NCBI GenBank assembly: GCA_965214405.1
Contig: OZ243956.1
Coordinates: forward strand, 2,080,001 to 2,144,000
From: Trueperaceae bacterium
GTDB taxonomy: Bacteria > Deinococcota > Deinococci > Deinococcales > Trueperaceae
Length of the DNA stretch: 64,000 nucleotides
Reading direction: 5' to 3'
Positions 9,641 to 20,140 of this stretch are shown here, in pieces. The position numbers and the translations under genes were made by a program. The notes under the pieces were generated by a model. That model had not been told where the DNA came from. It saw only the letters and a list, made by a program, of their open reading frames with translations, and searched no databases. Positions within the stretch are counted from its first letter, which is position 1, and every line of letters starts with the position of its first letter.

Positions 9641-12600
9641 ATGTTTGAAGAGGTGGGTAACGCAAACTTTCCGGAGCTCGAGCGCGCCGTCGCCGCGTTT
9701 TGGGCGGAGCGGGAGATTTTTAAGAAGTCGCTCCAGAAACCCGCTCCGGCGGGCGACTATATCTTTTACGAGGGGCCGCCCACGGCCAATGGTTCTCCCC
9801 ATATCGGTCACGTTTTGACAAGAGCTTTCAAGGACGTTTTCCCGCGTTACAAGACGATGCAGGGTTACCACGTCGGGCGCAAGGGCGGCTGGGACACGCA
9901 CGGGCTGCCGGTCGAGTTGGAGATAGAGAAAAAACTTGGCTTTAGCGGCAAGGGGGACATCGAAAACTTCGGCATCGCCGAATTTAACAAACTCGCCAAG
10001 GAGTCCGTGTTTCAGTACATCCAAGAGTGGGACGCCATGACCGAGCGGACTGCTTTCTGGCTGGATTTAGAAGACCCGTACGTCACCTATGAAAATCCCT
10101 ATATCGAGTCGTGCTGGTGGGTGATGAAGTCCTTGTGGGACCGCGGGCTGCTTTTTGAAGACTACAAAGTCACCATGCACTGCCCGCGCTGCAACACCTC
10201 GCTGGCCGACCACGAGGTCTCGCAGGGCTTTAAGGACGACGTGGACGACCCCTCGGTGTGGCCTAAGTTCCCAGTGCATCGGGGGGGGCTGCTCGAGCAG
10301 GACCTTATAACCTCCGACGAAACCCGCTCTGTCTACGTGATGGCCTGGACCACAACGCCCTGGACGTTGGCTGCTAACACTGCTTTAGCCGTGAAGGGCG
10401 ACGCCGAGTATGGCCTTTTTGAAGCGCCCGCCGCGTACGGCGAACCCTACGGTGAAGGCGACACGGAACTCTACATCATGGCGACGGCGCTGGCCGAACG
10501 CGTTTTTGGCGAGGGCAACTTTCAAACGCTCCGTACGTTTAGCGGCGACACGCTCGTCGGCCTCACCTACGACCCTGTCCTGCGGGGGCGGGTGCCGGGG
10601 GGGGAGGACGTGTCCACGGGCTTCCGCGTCATCGCTGACGATTTTGTGAGTTTGGACGACGGCACGGGCGTCGTCCACATCGCGCCCGCCTACGGGGATT
10701 TGGACGTCGGCAGAACGCACGGGTTGCCCACGCTCTTTTCGGTGGATTTGACGGGCGAGGTTTTTCCTGAAGTCAAGCCTTTGGACGCGCTCGAGGGCGA
10801 GGGGCCTTATACCGGGCAGTTTTTCAAAAAGGCGGACCGGGCCATCTCAGAGGACCTCACGGCGCGCGGCCTTCTTTTCCGCGAGGCGCGCGTGAAACAC
10901 GCTTACCCCTTCTGCTGGCGCTGCGACACGCCTTTGTTGTACTACGCCAAGTCCTCGTGGTACATCCGCACGACGGCGGTCAAGGACAAGCTGCTTACGA
11001 ACAACCAGAAAATAAACTGGTACCCCGAGCACGTCAAAAACGGGCGCTTCGGCAGGTGGTTGGAAAACAATGTGGACTGGGCTCTCTCCCGCGAACGCTA
11101 CTGGGGCGCGCCGCTGCCTGTTTGGGTCTCGGAGGACGGGCAGGGCGCGGTTTGTGTGGGGAGCGTGAAAGAACTCGAGGAACTTACGGGGGAGGATTTG
11201 AGCGGGCTCGAGCTGCACCGCCCCTACGTTGACGAGGTCACGTTTGAGAAAGACGGGCGCACCTACCGCCGTCTCCCCTACACCGTGGACGTATGGTTCG
11301 AGACAGGCGCAATGCCCTACGCGCAACTGCATTACCCGTTTGAAAACGAGGGGGAACTCAAAAACAACTTCCCCGCCGACTTTATCTGTGAGGCCATCGA
11401 CCAGACGCGCGGCTGGTTCTACTCGCTGCACGCTCTGGCGACGCTGTTAACTGATTCGGGGGATGACGCGGGCGCGCGGCAGCCGGGGGTCTTGGCGGAG
11501 GTTGCGCCGAACTCCCCCGCGTTCAAAAACGTCATTGTCTTGGGTCACATCACCGACGAAAAGGGCGAGAAGATGTCCAAGTCGCGCGGCAACGCGGTGG
11601 ACCCCTGGGACGTGCTCGACGCGCAGGGGGCCGACGCGCTGCGCTGGTATCTCTACGCCTCGTCGCCGCCGGGCGCGTCCAAGCGCTTTTCGCAAGCCTT
11701 GGTCGAGGAGACGCTGCGCGACTTTTTCATGACGCTCTGGAACACGTACAGCTTTTTCGTGCTCTACGCGAACCTCGACAAACCGGATTTGACAAAAAAG
11801 GTCCCGGTAAGCGAACGTCCCGAAATCGACCGCTGGCTCGTCGCCAAACGTCACGCGCTGGTTCGGGAGGTGACGGACAAACTCGAGGGCTACGACCCTA
11901 CGGGGGCCAGCCGCGCGGTGCGCGATTTTGTCGTGGATGACCTGTCAAACTGGTACGTCCGCCGCAACCGCCGCCGCTTCTGGAAATCCGAGAGCGATAC
12001 GGACAAGCTCGCCGCCTACAAAACCCTCCACGAAGCCCTCGTCACCGCCTCCCAACTCATGGCCCCGATGGCACCCTTTTTGAGCGAGCATCTTTACCAA
12101 AGTCTCGTTGTGACCCTTCAACCGGACGCACCCGAGTCGGTGCATCTCACCGATTGGCCCCTTTACGACGCGGCTTTGATTGACGAGGCGCTGCTGCGCG
12201 ATATGAACGCGCTGCAAAGGGTGGTCGAACTCGGGCGCGGGGCGCGGGCCGCGTCGGGCCTGAAAACGCGCCAGCCGCTGCCCGAGGTGCTGGTGCGAGT
12301 GCGCAGCGAAGAGGAGTTGGCGGGGCTCAAACGGTTGGAGGACCAGCTTACAGAAGAACTCAACGTCAAGGTGGTGAATTATTTGGACGTTCACGCCGAC
12401 TTTGTGGACTACACCGTCAAACCCAACCTGCCGCGCGTCGGCAAAAGGCTCGGCAAGCTCGTGCCCGAACTCAAGCGCGCCCTTGCCGAGGTGGATGGGC
12501 GCGAGATTGCGCGTAACATCCGCGAGGGGCGGGAGACGGTGCTCGAGCTGAGCGGCGAACCCCACGTGTTCGAGCCCGAAGCGTTTCTCACCGAAGCCAA

Positions 12601-12958
12601 GAGTCCGGAAGGCTACGCGGCCTTAGAAGAGCGGGGTTATTTGGCAGCGCTCAACACGCAGCTCACGCCCGAACTCATCCAAGAGGGACTGGTGCGCGAC
12701 GCGGTGCGGCTCGTGCAGAACGCGCGGAAGAACGCGGGGCTCGAGGTTTCGGACTATATAACCTTGGACCTGCAAGCGTCGGGCGCGCTGCGTGAGGCTT
12801 TGGAAAGGCACCGCGACACGCTTCAAAACGAGGTGCTTGCGAAGGAGCTAAGCTTTGAAGGGCTTAATGATGCCTCTCACAGCGAACAGGCCGAGGTGGA
12901 GGGTGACGCCTTGACTATCTCTCTCAAAAAAGTTGAGGCTGCTAAAGAAGTCGTTTAG
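9641..12958 (+). CDS. ileS: Isoleucine--tRNA ligase (type 2-like)
   Basis: EGPPTANG.PHIGH, GWDTHGLP, WTTTPWTL and KMSKS; ATG at 9641 follows GGAGGG; Ile T-box upstream. Confidence 0.97.
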   Translation: MFEEVGNANFPELERAVAAFWAEREIFKKSLQKPAPAGDYIFYEGPPTANGSPHIGHVLTRAFKDVFPRYKTMQGYHVGRKGGWDTHGLPVELEIEKKLGFSGKGDIENFGIAEFNKLAKESVFQYIQEWDAMTERTAFWLDLEDPYVTYENPYIESCWWVMKSLWDRGLLFEDYKVTMHCPRCNTSLADHEVSQGFKDDVDDPSVWPKFPVHRGGLLEQDLITSDETRSVYVMAWTTTPWTLAANTALAVKGDAEYGLFEAPAAYGEPYGEGDTELYIMATALAERVFGEGNFQTLRTFSGDTLVGLTYDPVLRGRVPGGEDVSTGFRVIADDFVSLDDGTGVVHIAPAYGDLDVGRTHGLPTLFSVDLTGEVFPEVKPLDALEGEGPYTGQFFKKADRAISEDLTARGLLFREARVKHAYPFCWRCDTPLLYYAKSSWYIRTTAVKDKLLTNNQKINWYPEHVKNGRFGRWLENNVDWALSRERYWGAPLPVWVSEDGQGAVCVGSVKELEELTGEDLSGLELHRPYVDEVTFEKDGRTYRRLPYTVDVWFETGAMPYAQLHYPFENEGELKNNFPADFICEAIDQTRGWFYSLHALATLLTDSGDDAGARQPGVLAEVAPNSPAFKNVIVLGHITDEKGEKMSKSRGNAVDPWDVLDAQGADALRWYLYASSPPGASKRFSQALVEETLRDFFMTLWNTYSFFVLYANLDKPDLTKKVPVSERPEIDRWLVAKRHALVREVTDKLEGYDPTGASRAVRDFVVDDLSNWYVRRNRRRFWKSESDTDKLAAYKTLHEALVTASQLMAPMAPFLSEHLYQSLVVTLQPDAPESVHLTDWPLYDAALIDEALLRDMNALQRVVELGRGARAASGLKTRQPLPEVLVRVRSEEELAGLKRLEDQLTEELNVKVVNYLDVHADFVDYTVKPNLPRVGKRLGKLVPELKRALAEVDGREIARNIREGRETVLELSGEPHVFEPEAFLTEAKSPEGYAALEERGYLAALNTQLTPELIQEGLVRDAVRLVQNARKNAGLEVSDYITLDLQASGALREALERHRDTLQNEVLAKELSFEGLNDASHSEQAEVEGDALTISLKKVEAAKEVV

Positions 12959-12970
12959 GGCATTCAGACA

Positions 12971-13468
12971 TCACGGCGGAGGTGCGACAAACGCGCGCGA
13001 TATCTCCGTCGTGATGTCGTCCATTAAAGGCTTCCAAGAGGGGTGGTAGACGATGCGGAAACTGGCGAGGGCGCGGGACGTCTCGAGCGTCTTCTGGTAA
13101 AAGACGACCCCGTTTTTATAGCCTGACACGACGAACCAGCCCGCCCCGGACGCTCTATAAGTAACCGTCTGGTCCGTTGCGGCGAGTTCTTGCTCGTACG
13201 CCGCCTCGAGTACCCCCTCCCCCAAAGGCACACCGGAAACGGCGAGCGCCGCGCTGCCGTCAGGAGAAAGGAAAAACTGCCCCAGCCCATCCGGCAGGCG
13301 GTCCGCCGGAAGGAGGATGTCAGCGGGATAAAGAGCAGAAAAGCCGAAGCGTTCGTTTTCATAAACCCCGTAAGTCACCCCGCCAATCACGCGCGGTTGG
13401 GACTGCCCGCCCGTTTGAGCGCCCATCAGAAGCAGTGCTGTGAGTACCCACCCCGCTTTCACACCCAT
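12971..13468 (-). CDS. Hypothetical secreted protein
   Basis: Hydrophobic N-terminus; YENERFGFSALYP motif; GGGAGG RBS. Confidence 0.7.
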   Translation of the reverse strand: MGVKAGWVLTALLLMGAQTGGQSQPRVIGGVTYGVYENERFGFSALYPADILLPADRLPDGLGQFFLSPDGSAALAVSGVPLGEGVLEAAYEQELAATDQTVTYRASGAGWFVVSGYKNGVVFYQKTLETSRALASFRIVYHPSWKPLMDDITTEISRAFVAPPP

Positions 13469-13558
13469 GCTCGCCCTCCCAGACTCGGCTTTATTTTTCG
13501 ATCTTTACCTCCTGAAGCTTACTCGAGTTGAACCTATAAAGCAGCGTTCCGCATCGCA

Positions 13559-14392
13559 TTAACACGTGTGCGTCGCCCGCACCCACCAGCCGGTATGTGC
13601 GCGGGCAAGTTCTGAGGCAACCTCCTGAGCGTGCGCGGCGTTCTGGGCCAGCCCAAAACAGGTCGAGCCGGAGCCCGACATCATCACGCCCTTGAGGTCT
13701 GTGGCGCGTAGGGCGGTTACTACGTCGCGGAGGGAGGGCTCGAGCAGCATCACCCCCGGTTGCAGCGCGTTGAGGTAGCCCGGCTCCTCTCCCCCGTTCA
13801 ACTTTTCTAACAGCCTCTCTACATTGAGCCTCGGGCTAAAGTTTTGCAGGTTCGCGTAGGCGTCGCCCGCGCTCACCGCAATGCCGGGATTGACGAGGAC
13901 GAGGTGGAGCGTAGGGAGTGGCAGGGACTCGAGCTTTTCCCCCCGCCCCCGCGCCCGCGCCGCAGGGGTGTTGAGGAGAAAAAAGGGCACGTCGGAACCG
14001 AGAACTTTGGCGAGCGCCTCGAGGTCTACCTCCGACGGATAGAGTTCTGCCAAGCCCCGCAGCACCGCCGCCGCATTTGATGAGCCGCCGCCCAGACCCG
14101 CCGCGACGGGGATGCGCTTGTCCAAGCTCAGCCGAATCCCACGCGTCTCCCCCGCCGCCTCAAGATACTGCTGCGCCGCCCGGTAAGCCAGATTGGACGC
14201 GTCCTCGGGCAAGTCAGCCCCGCTGACGCTCAGGGTGACGCTCTGTACGACGCTATTGTCGGTAGGCTCGAGCGTCACAACATCGTGAAGCTTAAGCCGC
14301 GCCATCAGCGTGTCTATTTCGTGGTAGCCGTCGCCGCGTTTGGCGACGATGTTGAGGCCCAGATTGACTTTCGCGTGAGCTTTAACTATCAC
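13559..14392 (-). CDS. ispE: 4-diphosphocytidyl-2-C-methyl-D-erythritol kinase
   Basis: AKVNLGL, DGYHEI, AGLGGGSS, GSDVPFF and MSGSGST motifs. Confidence 0.95.
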   Translation of the reverse strand: MIVKAHAKVNLGLNIVAKRGDGYHEIDTLMARLKLHDVVTLEPTDNSVVQSVTLSVSGADLPEDASNLAYRAAQQYLEAAGETRGIRLSLDKRIPVAAGLGGGSSNAAAVLRGLAELYPSEVDLEALAKVLGSDVPFFLLNTPAARARGRGEKLESLPLPTLHLVLVNPGIAVSAGDAYANLQNFSPRLNVERLLEKLNGGEEPGYLNALQPGVMLLEPSLRDVVTALRATDLKGVMMSGSGSTCFGLAQNAAHAQEVASELARAHTGWWVRATHTC

Positions 14393-15054
14393 GTTCGCCT
14401 CACCTTTTCGTCCCAGGTTGGGGCCAGGGCGCGGGCCAGCTCGAGGTCGGCGGGCGTCGTAATTTTCACCAGCCAGCCGCTCCCCTCGACCAAGGCGACG
14501 GGGTGGCCCAAGAGGCGCACCAGCCCCGCGTCGTCGGTGGCCTCGGTGTTCGTGGATAACGCCTGCTGATGGGCTTCTAGAATGAGCGCGCGCCGGAAAC
14601 CTTGTGGCGTCTGGACAGCCCGCAGCCGTTGCCGGTCTGTTGGGTGGCCCGTCTCAAGTTCAATAAGCGTGTCCGCAACAGGCGTCACCACCGAGACCGC
14701 GCCCGCGCGCTCCGTTTCGGTCACGACGGCCTTAATGATATCGGGATGCAAAAAGGGTCGCGCCGCGTCGTGAACGAGGACGACATCGGCGTCTGTGGCG
14801 GTTAGCAGATTCAAAACGCTCGCCTGCCGCGTTGCGCCGCCCAAGACCAGTTTGACGCGCCCTTCAAAAGCTTGGGCGGCGTCTCGCATCGCGCTGGAAA
14901 CGGCCACCACAATTTCGTCCACGCGCCCTTCAAAGGTTTCGACGGCGCGCTCGAGCAGACTCTTCCCGCCAACGTCCAAAAGCGCCTTGGGACCCCGCCC
15001 GAGCCGCGCCCCCTCGCCCGCAGCGGGGATGAGCGCCGCAACTTTAGGCTTCAC
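14389..15054 (-). CDS. ispD: 2-C-methyl-D-erythritol 4-phosphate cytidylyltransferase
   Basis: PAAGEGAR, VHDAARPF, QTPQ, TDD and KITTPAD motifs. Confidence 0.95.
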   Translation of the reverse strand: MKPKVAALIPAAGEGARLGRGPKALLDVGGKSLLERAVETFEGRVDEIVVAVSSAMRDAAQAFEGRVKLVLGGATRQASVLNLLTATDADVVLVHDAARPFLHPDIIKAVVTETERAGAVSVVTPVADTLIELETGHPTDRQRLRAVQTPQGFRRALILEAHQQALSTNTEATDDAGLVRLLGHPVALVEGSGWLVKITTPADLELARALAPTWDEKVRRT

Positions 15055-15644
15055 GCCTCCTCTTTCCAGCGTTTTGAACGCGTGTTGTCAATCCCCAACA
15101 GGTCGAGCGCCCGCGCGGTCACGGTGCCCACTAAGTCGGTGACGCTCTGGGGGCGGCTGTAAAAACCGGGGGAGGCGGGCAAGATGGTTGCACCTGCGTC
15201 GTAGGCCTCCAACATATTTTTGAGCATGGGTCTCGAGAAAGGCGCCTCGCGCACGACCAGCACGAGCGGACGCCGCTCCTTGAGCGTCACGTGGGCGGCG
15301 CGGGACACAAGGTTGTCCGTCATCCCCAAAGCCACCTTGGCGAGCGTCCCGGCGGAGCAGGGGACGACAACCATCCCAAGCGTCCGGTATGACCCCGAGG
15401 CGATGACCGCGCCCAAGTCGCTGTCTTTGTAGGTCACGTCGGCCAAGGCCTCGAGCTCCAACACACTCTCGTCCAACTCCGTCGGTATCACCTGCTTAGC
15501 GCCGTTGGTCACGACGACGTGCGTCTCAAACGGGAGCGGGCGCAGGGTTTGGAGCAAATCGCGCGCGTAGATCATCCCGCTCCCGCCCGATACGCCGATA
15601 ACGAGGCGCGGTTTTGCAGGTTGAGGGGTGCTCGAGTCCGTCAC
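15051..15644 (-). CDS. ubiX: Flavin prenyltransferase UbiX
   Basis: GVSGGSG, IASGS, PCS, LKERRPL and PASPGFY motifs. Confidence 0.93.
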   Translation of the reverse strand: MTDSSTPQPAKPRLVIGVSGGSGMIYARDLLQTLRPLPFETHVVVTNGAKQVIPTELDESVLELEALADVTYKDSDLGAVIASGSYRTLGMVVVPCSAGTLAKVALGMTDNLVSRAAHVTLKERRPLVLVVREAPFSRPMLKNMLEAYDAGATILPASPGFYSRPQSVTDLVGTVTARALDLLGIDNTRSKRWKEEA

Positions 15645-15689
15645 TCCCCCACGATACCGCAGCCTGGTCGCGGGGTTTATAGTTTGGTT

Positions 15690-16322
15690 ATGTTAGACCA
15701 TCTGCTGTGGGAGGAGTTTCACCTAGAAGAGGGCGAAAAACGCTTTGCCGACCTTACCGGGGTAAGCCCTGCCTTTGGCGGCGCGCATTTTGATAGGGGC
15801 ACGCACAACAGCCTTTTGTCGTTGGATGAGGGTGTTTATTTAGAAATTATCGCGCCCAACCCGGCCCAAGCCGAGGCGTTTGGGTTTTCTGAGGAGGCCC
15901 CGCCGGGCTTTGAGCCTGGCCTGTTCGCGTTTGGCATGAGGGGCGATAATTTAGAACATGTCAGACACCTGGTTGAAAGAGCCGAGCTTAGCGTCTCGAG
16001 CCTCCAAGACATCTCACGAGAACAGCCCGATGGCAGGGTGCTGCGGTGGCAAACCCTCATCATAGGCGGTCATGATTTCGGTCACGCAGTACCTTTCTTT
16101 ACCCGTTCGGATGGCGCGCCGCATCCTTCGGGAACGTCACCCAAGGGGTGTGAGCTGCTCGAGTTCTCCGTGGGCCATCCTGAGAACGAAAAACTCTCCC
16201 GCCTTTACGACGCGTTGGAGGTCAATGTGCCTGTTTTCCCGTCTGAGCAGCCTCGACTACGGGCGGTTTTAGCCACACCCAAAGGTGAGGTGACGCTGAA
16301 CAGCCACGCAAAATTTCGCTAG
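15690..16322 (+). CDS. VOC/glyoxalase-like family protein
   Basis: LDHL, GGAH..GTHN and YLEIIAP motifs; TATAGT 6 nt before the ATG at 15690. Confidence 0.8.
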   Translation: MLDHLLWEEFHLEEGEKRFADLTGVSPAFGGAHFDRGTHNSLLSLDEGVYLEIIAPNPAQAEAFGFSEEAPPGFEPGLFAFGMRGDNLEHVRHLVERAELSVSSLQDISREQPDGRVLRWQTLIIGGHDFGHAVPFFTRSDGAPHPSGTSPKGCELLEFSVGHPENEKLSRLYDALEVNVPVFPSEQPRLRAVLATPKGEVTLNSHAKFR

Positions 16323-16428
16323 GGGGAGCACGGTTTGTAACGCGTGGGTTCCCGGGATGTCTGACGCCTCAAATCACGCGCCTCTCCTGTAAGCGCGGGC
16401 GCTTAACAGGTTCCGGCAAACCTTCATA

Positions 16429-16824
16429 ATGGGCGTTATGACTTACGAAAGATTCAAAGAAACCGTTGAAAGCATGGTCGAGGAAATTCCCGAAGAGTTT
16501 CTAGAAGGTCTGCAAGGCGTTCACGTGCTCCCGCAGACGAGGCGCGAAGAGGGCTTTGAGGACGTATACCGTTTGGGCGAATATATGGACCCCGGCCCCG
16601 AGAGCTTTTTGGGCGGCAGCGGCGGGCTGGGGCGGCAGGTCGCGCTTTATTACGGTTCGTTCGAGCGGATAGCGGCGGGCGACCCCGCGTTCGATTGGGA
16701 GGCAGAGACCTGGGAAACGCTGACGCACGAACTGCGGCACCACGTGGAGTCCTTGGCGGGCGACGTGAGCCTGGTTGAAGAGGACCGGCAGCGCACGGAG
16801 GGGTTCAAACGGCGCGCGAAGTAG
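16429..16824 (+). CDS. Zincin-like metallopeptidase family protein
   Basis: HELRH (HEXXH) motif; IPEEF..LGEY pattern. Confidence 0.75.
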   Translation: MGVMTYERFKETVESMVEEIPEEFLEGLQGVHVLPQTRREEGFEDVYRLGEYMDPGPESFLGGSGGLGRQVALYYGSFERIAAGDPAFDWEAETWETLTHELRHHVESLAGDVSLVEEDRQRTEGFKRRAK

Positions 16825-16845
16825 GGTGGGGCGTTCACTCATATG

Positions 16846-17142
16846 TCAAGCGAGGGCGCGCTCGAGTTCCCGCCGCACCCGCTCGAGCGAATCTTCCGTC
16901 CAGCTTCCCGTTCGGTTCGCGTGGATTGGGACCCAAAGTCGGCGCTTAGCGGGCCAGAGGGTGAGCTCGAGCACCCCCTTTTCCTCCTCCCTTTTGAAGT
17001 GCCAGTGGACGCTCCCCGGAAAACTCGCCAGACTGGTTTTTGAAGCGGCCGTAAGCCCCTCGGTCTGACAAACCTTTTCGACAAGCGCCTCGAGCCGCTC
17101 TAGGTTGGCGTGAGGGGGCACAGTAATTTCCAGGTTAGTCAC
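16846..17142 (-). CDS. Hypothetical protein
   Basis: GTGA overlap with the upstream galactosidase stop; protein-like composition. Confidence 0.6.
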   Translation of the reverse strand: MTNLEITVPPHANLERLEALVEKVCQTEGLTAASKTSLASFPGSVHWHFKREEEKGVLELTLWPAKRRLWVPIHANRTGSWTEDSLERVRRELERALA

Positions 17143-19130
17143 TCCTCGGCATCCTCGAGGATAAGCACGTCATGTTTGGCTATTTTCTCTCCAAAAGAAT
17201 GCAAGGTGGGGGGAAGCTCGAGCCCTTCCGCATCGAAATTCATAAGGTACTGGCGCGCCCCGCGGCGGCTCAGACGCAGGCCCTCGGGGAGTTCTAAGAG
17301 CGTAAGCCCCGCCTCCTCCAGAATCTCGCGGAAGAGCGCCTGGTGGAGCGCCAGACTCCCCCACATCCCCAGCGTGGTGCAGGTGCCCGCCCCCACCTCC
17401 TGCCGCGTCACCGCCGCGGTGCCCTCGTAGGCAGGTGTCCGGTACGTCGCCCGCACCTCCGCCGTGATAGGCGTCAGCAGGTCCGCCCAGGTGGCGTAGG
17501 CGTAGTGTTCGCCGCTATATTCGACTTCGCCGTTCACACCGGGCCGGAGCGCGTCCACGTGGTCGATGCGCACGCCCATGAGTTCACCCAGCGGTCCGGG
17601 CGCGGGAGCCTGCGCGATGTCGGCGCGCGTTTTAGCACCGCTCCGGGGGCCGACGATAAGCCGTCCGCCACTCTGAACATAAGCCGTCAGGTGCTCGGCC
17701 AGCGCGTCATCGACGAGGTGGAGCGCGGGGGCGAACACGGCTTTGTAAGGTTTCAAATCACGTTGCGGAGGCACGATGTCCACGTCCAGCCCAAAGCCGC
17801 GTAGCGCCGTGTAGGTGTCCCAGAGCAGCGCCCAGTAGTTCCAGCCCTGCGCGTGCGGCTGGAGGTTGGTGGCCCAAAGGTTCTCGTAGTCGAAAAGCAG
17901 CGCCACAGGGGCGCGAACCGCGCCGCCTTCCCTCTCCCCAGCCTTTAGCTCCCCAGCCTCCAACGCTTCAGCCACTCTCCGCGCCTCTTCCGCGGCGCGG
18001 TCGGGCGAGCCGTCGTGCAAGTTCAGCCCCGCGTGCATGAGTTCTTGCGCGCCCCGTGCGGCCCGCCAGCGAAAATAGGCCACCACGTCGGCCCCGTGCG
18101 CGAACGCCTGGTGCGACCAGAGCCGCACCATCCCCGGCGCGGGCAGGGGGTTGGACGGTGCCCAGTTCACCGGCCCCGGCTGCTGCTCCATCACCCAAAA
18201 GGGTTTGTCTTTTGCGCCCCGGTAGAGGTCGTGCATAAACGAGATGAGGTCGGGGTGACCGGAGCGCATAAAGCGGGTTTTGATCTCAGCGGGCAGCCAG
18301 CTCCCCTCGAGCATCCCCAGCGGATACGAATCCCAGGTGAGGATGTCCAAGTCCTCCGCGAGCGCGAACGCGTCGTAGTCGCCAAAGAAAATCATCGCGT
18401 TGTGCGTCACGGGCCGGTCGGAACGGTCGCGGATGGTATCGACCTGAAGACGGTTATAAGCCACCACGGAGTCTGAGGAGAAGCGGCAAAAGTCGAGGCT
18501 GTGGCTTGGGTTGGGCTCGGTGACGGTGAGGTTGGGAAGCTCGACATCGTCAAAAGAGCGGTACTCCATGCTCCAGAAGACGTTCCACCAGGCCTCGTTG
18601 AGCGCGTCCACGGTGCCGTATTTTTCTTCCAACCACGCCCGAAACGCGCCTCGGCAGTTGTCGCAGTAGCAGCGCACGGTGTCGTGACAGCCGTACTCGT
18701 TGTCGGTTTGCCACGCCCCCACCGCCTCATGCTGGCCGTAACGCTCGGCTAACAAGGTGACGATGCGCGTCGTTTCTTCGCGGTAACTTTGCGAGTTGTA
18801 ACAATAATGCCTGCGCGAGCCGAAGCCGCGCGTGTGACCGTCCGCGCCCACCTGTAATACATCGTCATAACGGTCAATAAGCCACTTGGGAGGAGTTGCG
18901 GTGGGAGTGCCCAGCACAACTTTTAGGTCTTCGCTGCCCAGGGTATCAATCGCGCGGTCGAGCCAAGCGAACTCGAGCCGCCCCGGTTCGGGCTCCAAAC
19001 GGCTCCAGGCGAATTCACCCACGCGCACCCAGGTGAGGCCCAAGGCTTTCATGCGCGCGGCGTCGGGTTGCCAGGTCTTTTCGCTCCAGTGTTCGGGGTA
19101 GTAGCAAACGCCTAAGTTCATGTTGCTCAT
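17139..19130 (-). CDS. Beta-galactosidase, GH42
   Basis: YYPEHW, GEFAWSRLEP, catalytic DNEY and MEQQ, CYCDNC metal motif. Confidence 0.93.
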   Translation of the reverse strand: MSNMNLGVCYYPEHWSEKTWQPDAARMKALGLTWVRVGEFAWSRLEPEPGRLEFAWLDRAIDTLGSEDLKVVLGTPTATPPKWLIDRYDDVLQVGADGHTRGFGSRRHYCYNSQSYREETTRIVTLLAERYGQHEAVGAWQTDNEYGCHDTVRCYCDNCRGAFRAWLEEKYGTVDALNEAWWNVFWSMEYRSFDDVELPNLTVTEPNPSHSLDFCRFSSDSVVAYNRLQVDTIRDRSDRPVTHNAMIFFGDYDAFALAEDLDILTWDSYPLGMLEGSWLPAEIKTRFMRSGHPDLISFMHDLYRGAKDKPFWVMEQQPGPVNWAPSNPLPAPGMVRLWSHQAFAHGADVVAYFRWRAARGAQELMHAGLNLHDGSPDRAAEEARRVAEALEAGELKAGEREGGAVRAPVALLFDYENLWATNLQPHAQGWNYWALLWDTYTALRGFGLDVDIVPPQRDLKPYKAVFAPALHLVDDALAEHLTAYVQSGGRLIVGPRSGAKTRADIAQAPAPGPLGELMGVRIDHVDALRPGVNGEVEYSGEHYAYATWADLLTPITAEVRATYRTPAYEGTAAVTRQEVGAGTCTTLGMWGSLALHQALFREILEEAGLTLLELPEGLRLSRRGARQYLMNFDAEGLELPPTLHSFGEKIAKHDVLILEDAEE

Positions 19131-19153
19131 GCTAACAGGTTCGACCAGACGCG

Positions 19154-19981
19154 CTACCCTTCTTCCGACGCACCCCGCAACGCGCGGATTTCTTCACGCA
19201 GCGCCGCGATTTCCGCGCCCAAAGCGGCGATATCCGCGCTGCCCGCCACCTCGCCCTCGTTATTCTCGGCGTCTCGACCGATAAAAAAGCTCGCCAGCGT
19301 CGCGGCCACGTAGCCGAACACGCCAAAGGCGTAGAGCGCCAAGACGAACGTGAGGATGCGGCCCTCAGCCGTCTGCGGCCAATACTCCGAGCCCAACGTC
19401 GTCATGAGCATCGCGGTCCACCAGAGCGCGGTCCCGTAGGAATCGAGCCCCAGGCCGTTCTCAAAGGCGTACATGCCCGCCGCGCCCGCGAACGTGACGA
19501 GCGTGGTTAACAAGACCACATAGCCAAAACCGCGGCGGCTCATGGTCGCGCTCAAGGCGCGCATCCCGCGGTTGATGGACGTCACCACGCGCACCAAGCG
19601 CAGCCCACGCGCGGCCCTGGCCGCGCGCAACACCCTGACGACGCGCGCCACTCTAAACACGCGCAGCGCGGGCACGAGCAGCGACACCGCGGTGAGCCAG
19701 TTGCGGCGCAAGTAACGCCCCTTGGCGGGCGCGAGCGTAAATTTGAGCGTAAAATCGAGGACGAACAGAATCCAGATCATCGTGCCGACGCCCGTAAACA
19801 AGCTGTTCTCGCCCCAAACGAACTCTAAAACGAGCAGCGCCAGCCACACGAAACCCAAAATCAGCATGGGCAGCTCGAGCCAGTCTTCCAACCGGGACAG
19901 GATTTCCCAGCGTTCATGCTCGAGGGCGCGCTCTACTTCGTTCGTTTCCGCTCCGCTCACATCAAAAAGCGTACCGCACAA
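19154..19981 (-). CDS. Voltage-gated-like ion (K+) channel / ion transporter
   Basis: Six TM segments, Arg-rich S4 (LRVFRVARVVRVLR), pore WW...MTTLGSEYWP. Confidence 0.8.
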   Translation of the reverse strand: MCGTLFDVSGAETNEVERALEHERWEILSRLEDWLELPMLILGFVWLALLVLEFVWGENSLFTGVGTMIWILFVLDFTLKFTLAPAKGRYLRRNWLTAVSLLVPALRVFRVARVVRVLRAARAARGLRLVRVVTSINRGMRALSATMSRRGFGYVVLLTTLVTFAGAAGMYAFENGLGLDSYGTALWWTAMLMTTLGSEYWPQTAEGRILTFVLALYAFGVFGYVAATLASFFIGRDAENNEGEVAGSADIAALGAEIAALREEIRALRGASEEG

Positions 19982-20140
19982 GGCTGTTTGATATTGCCGA
20001 TTTTGTGGAACTAGCGTGGATTGCTTGGATACCGAAACTTTAACGCCATAGTCTCAATCCAAGATTTACTGCCAAGACACGCCACAAAAACGCCCACGTC
20101 GCGTCAACAACGATGTGGGCTACGCAAGCTTCGGTTTAGC

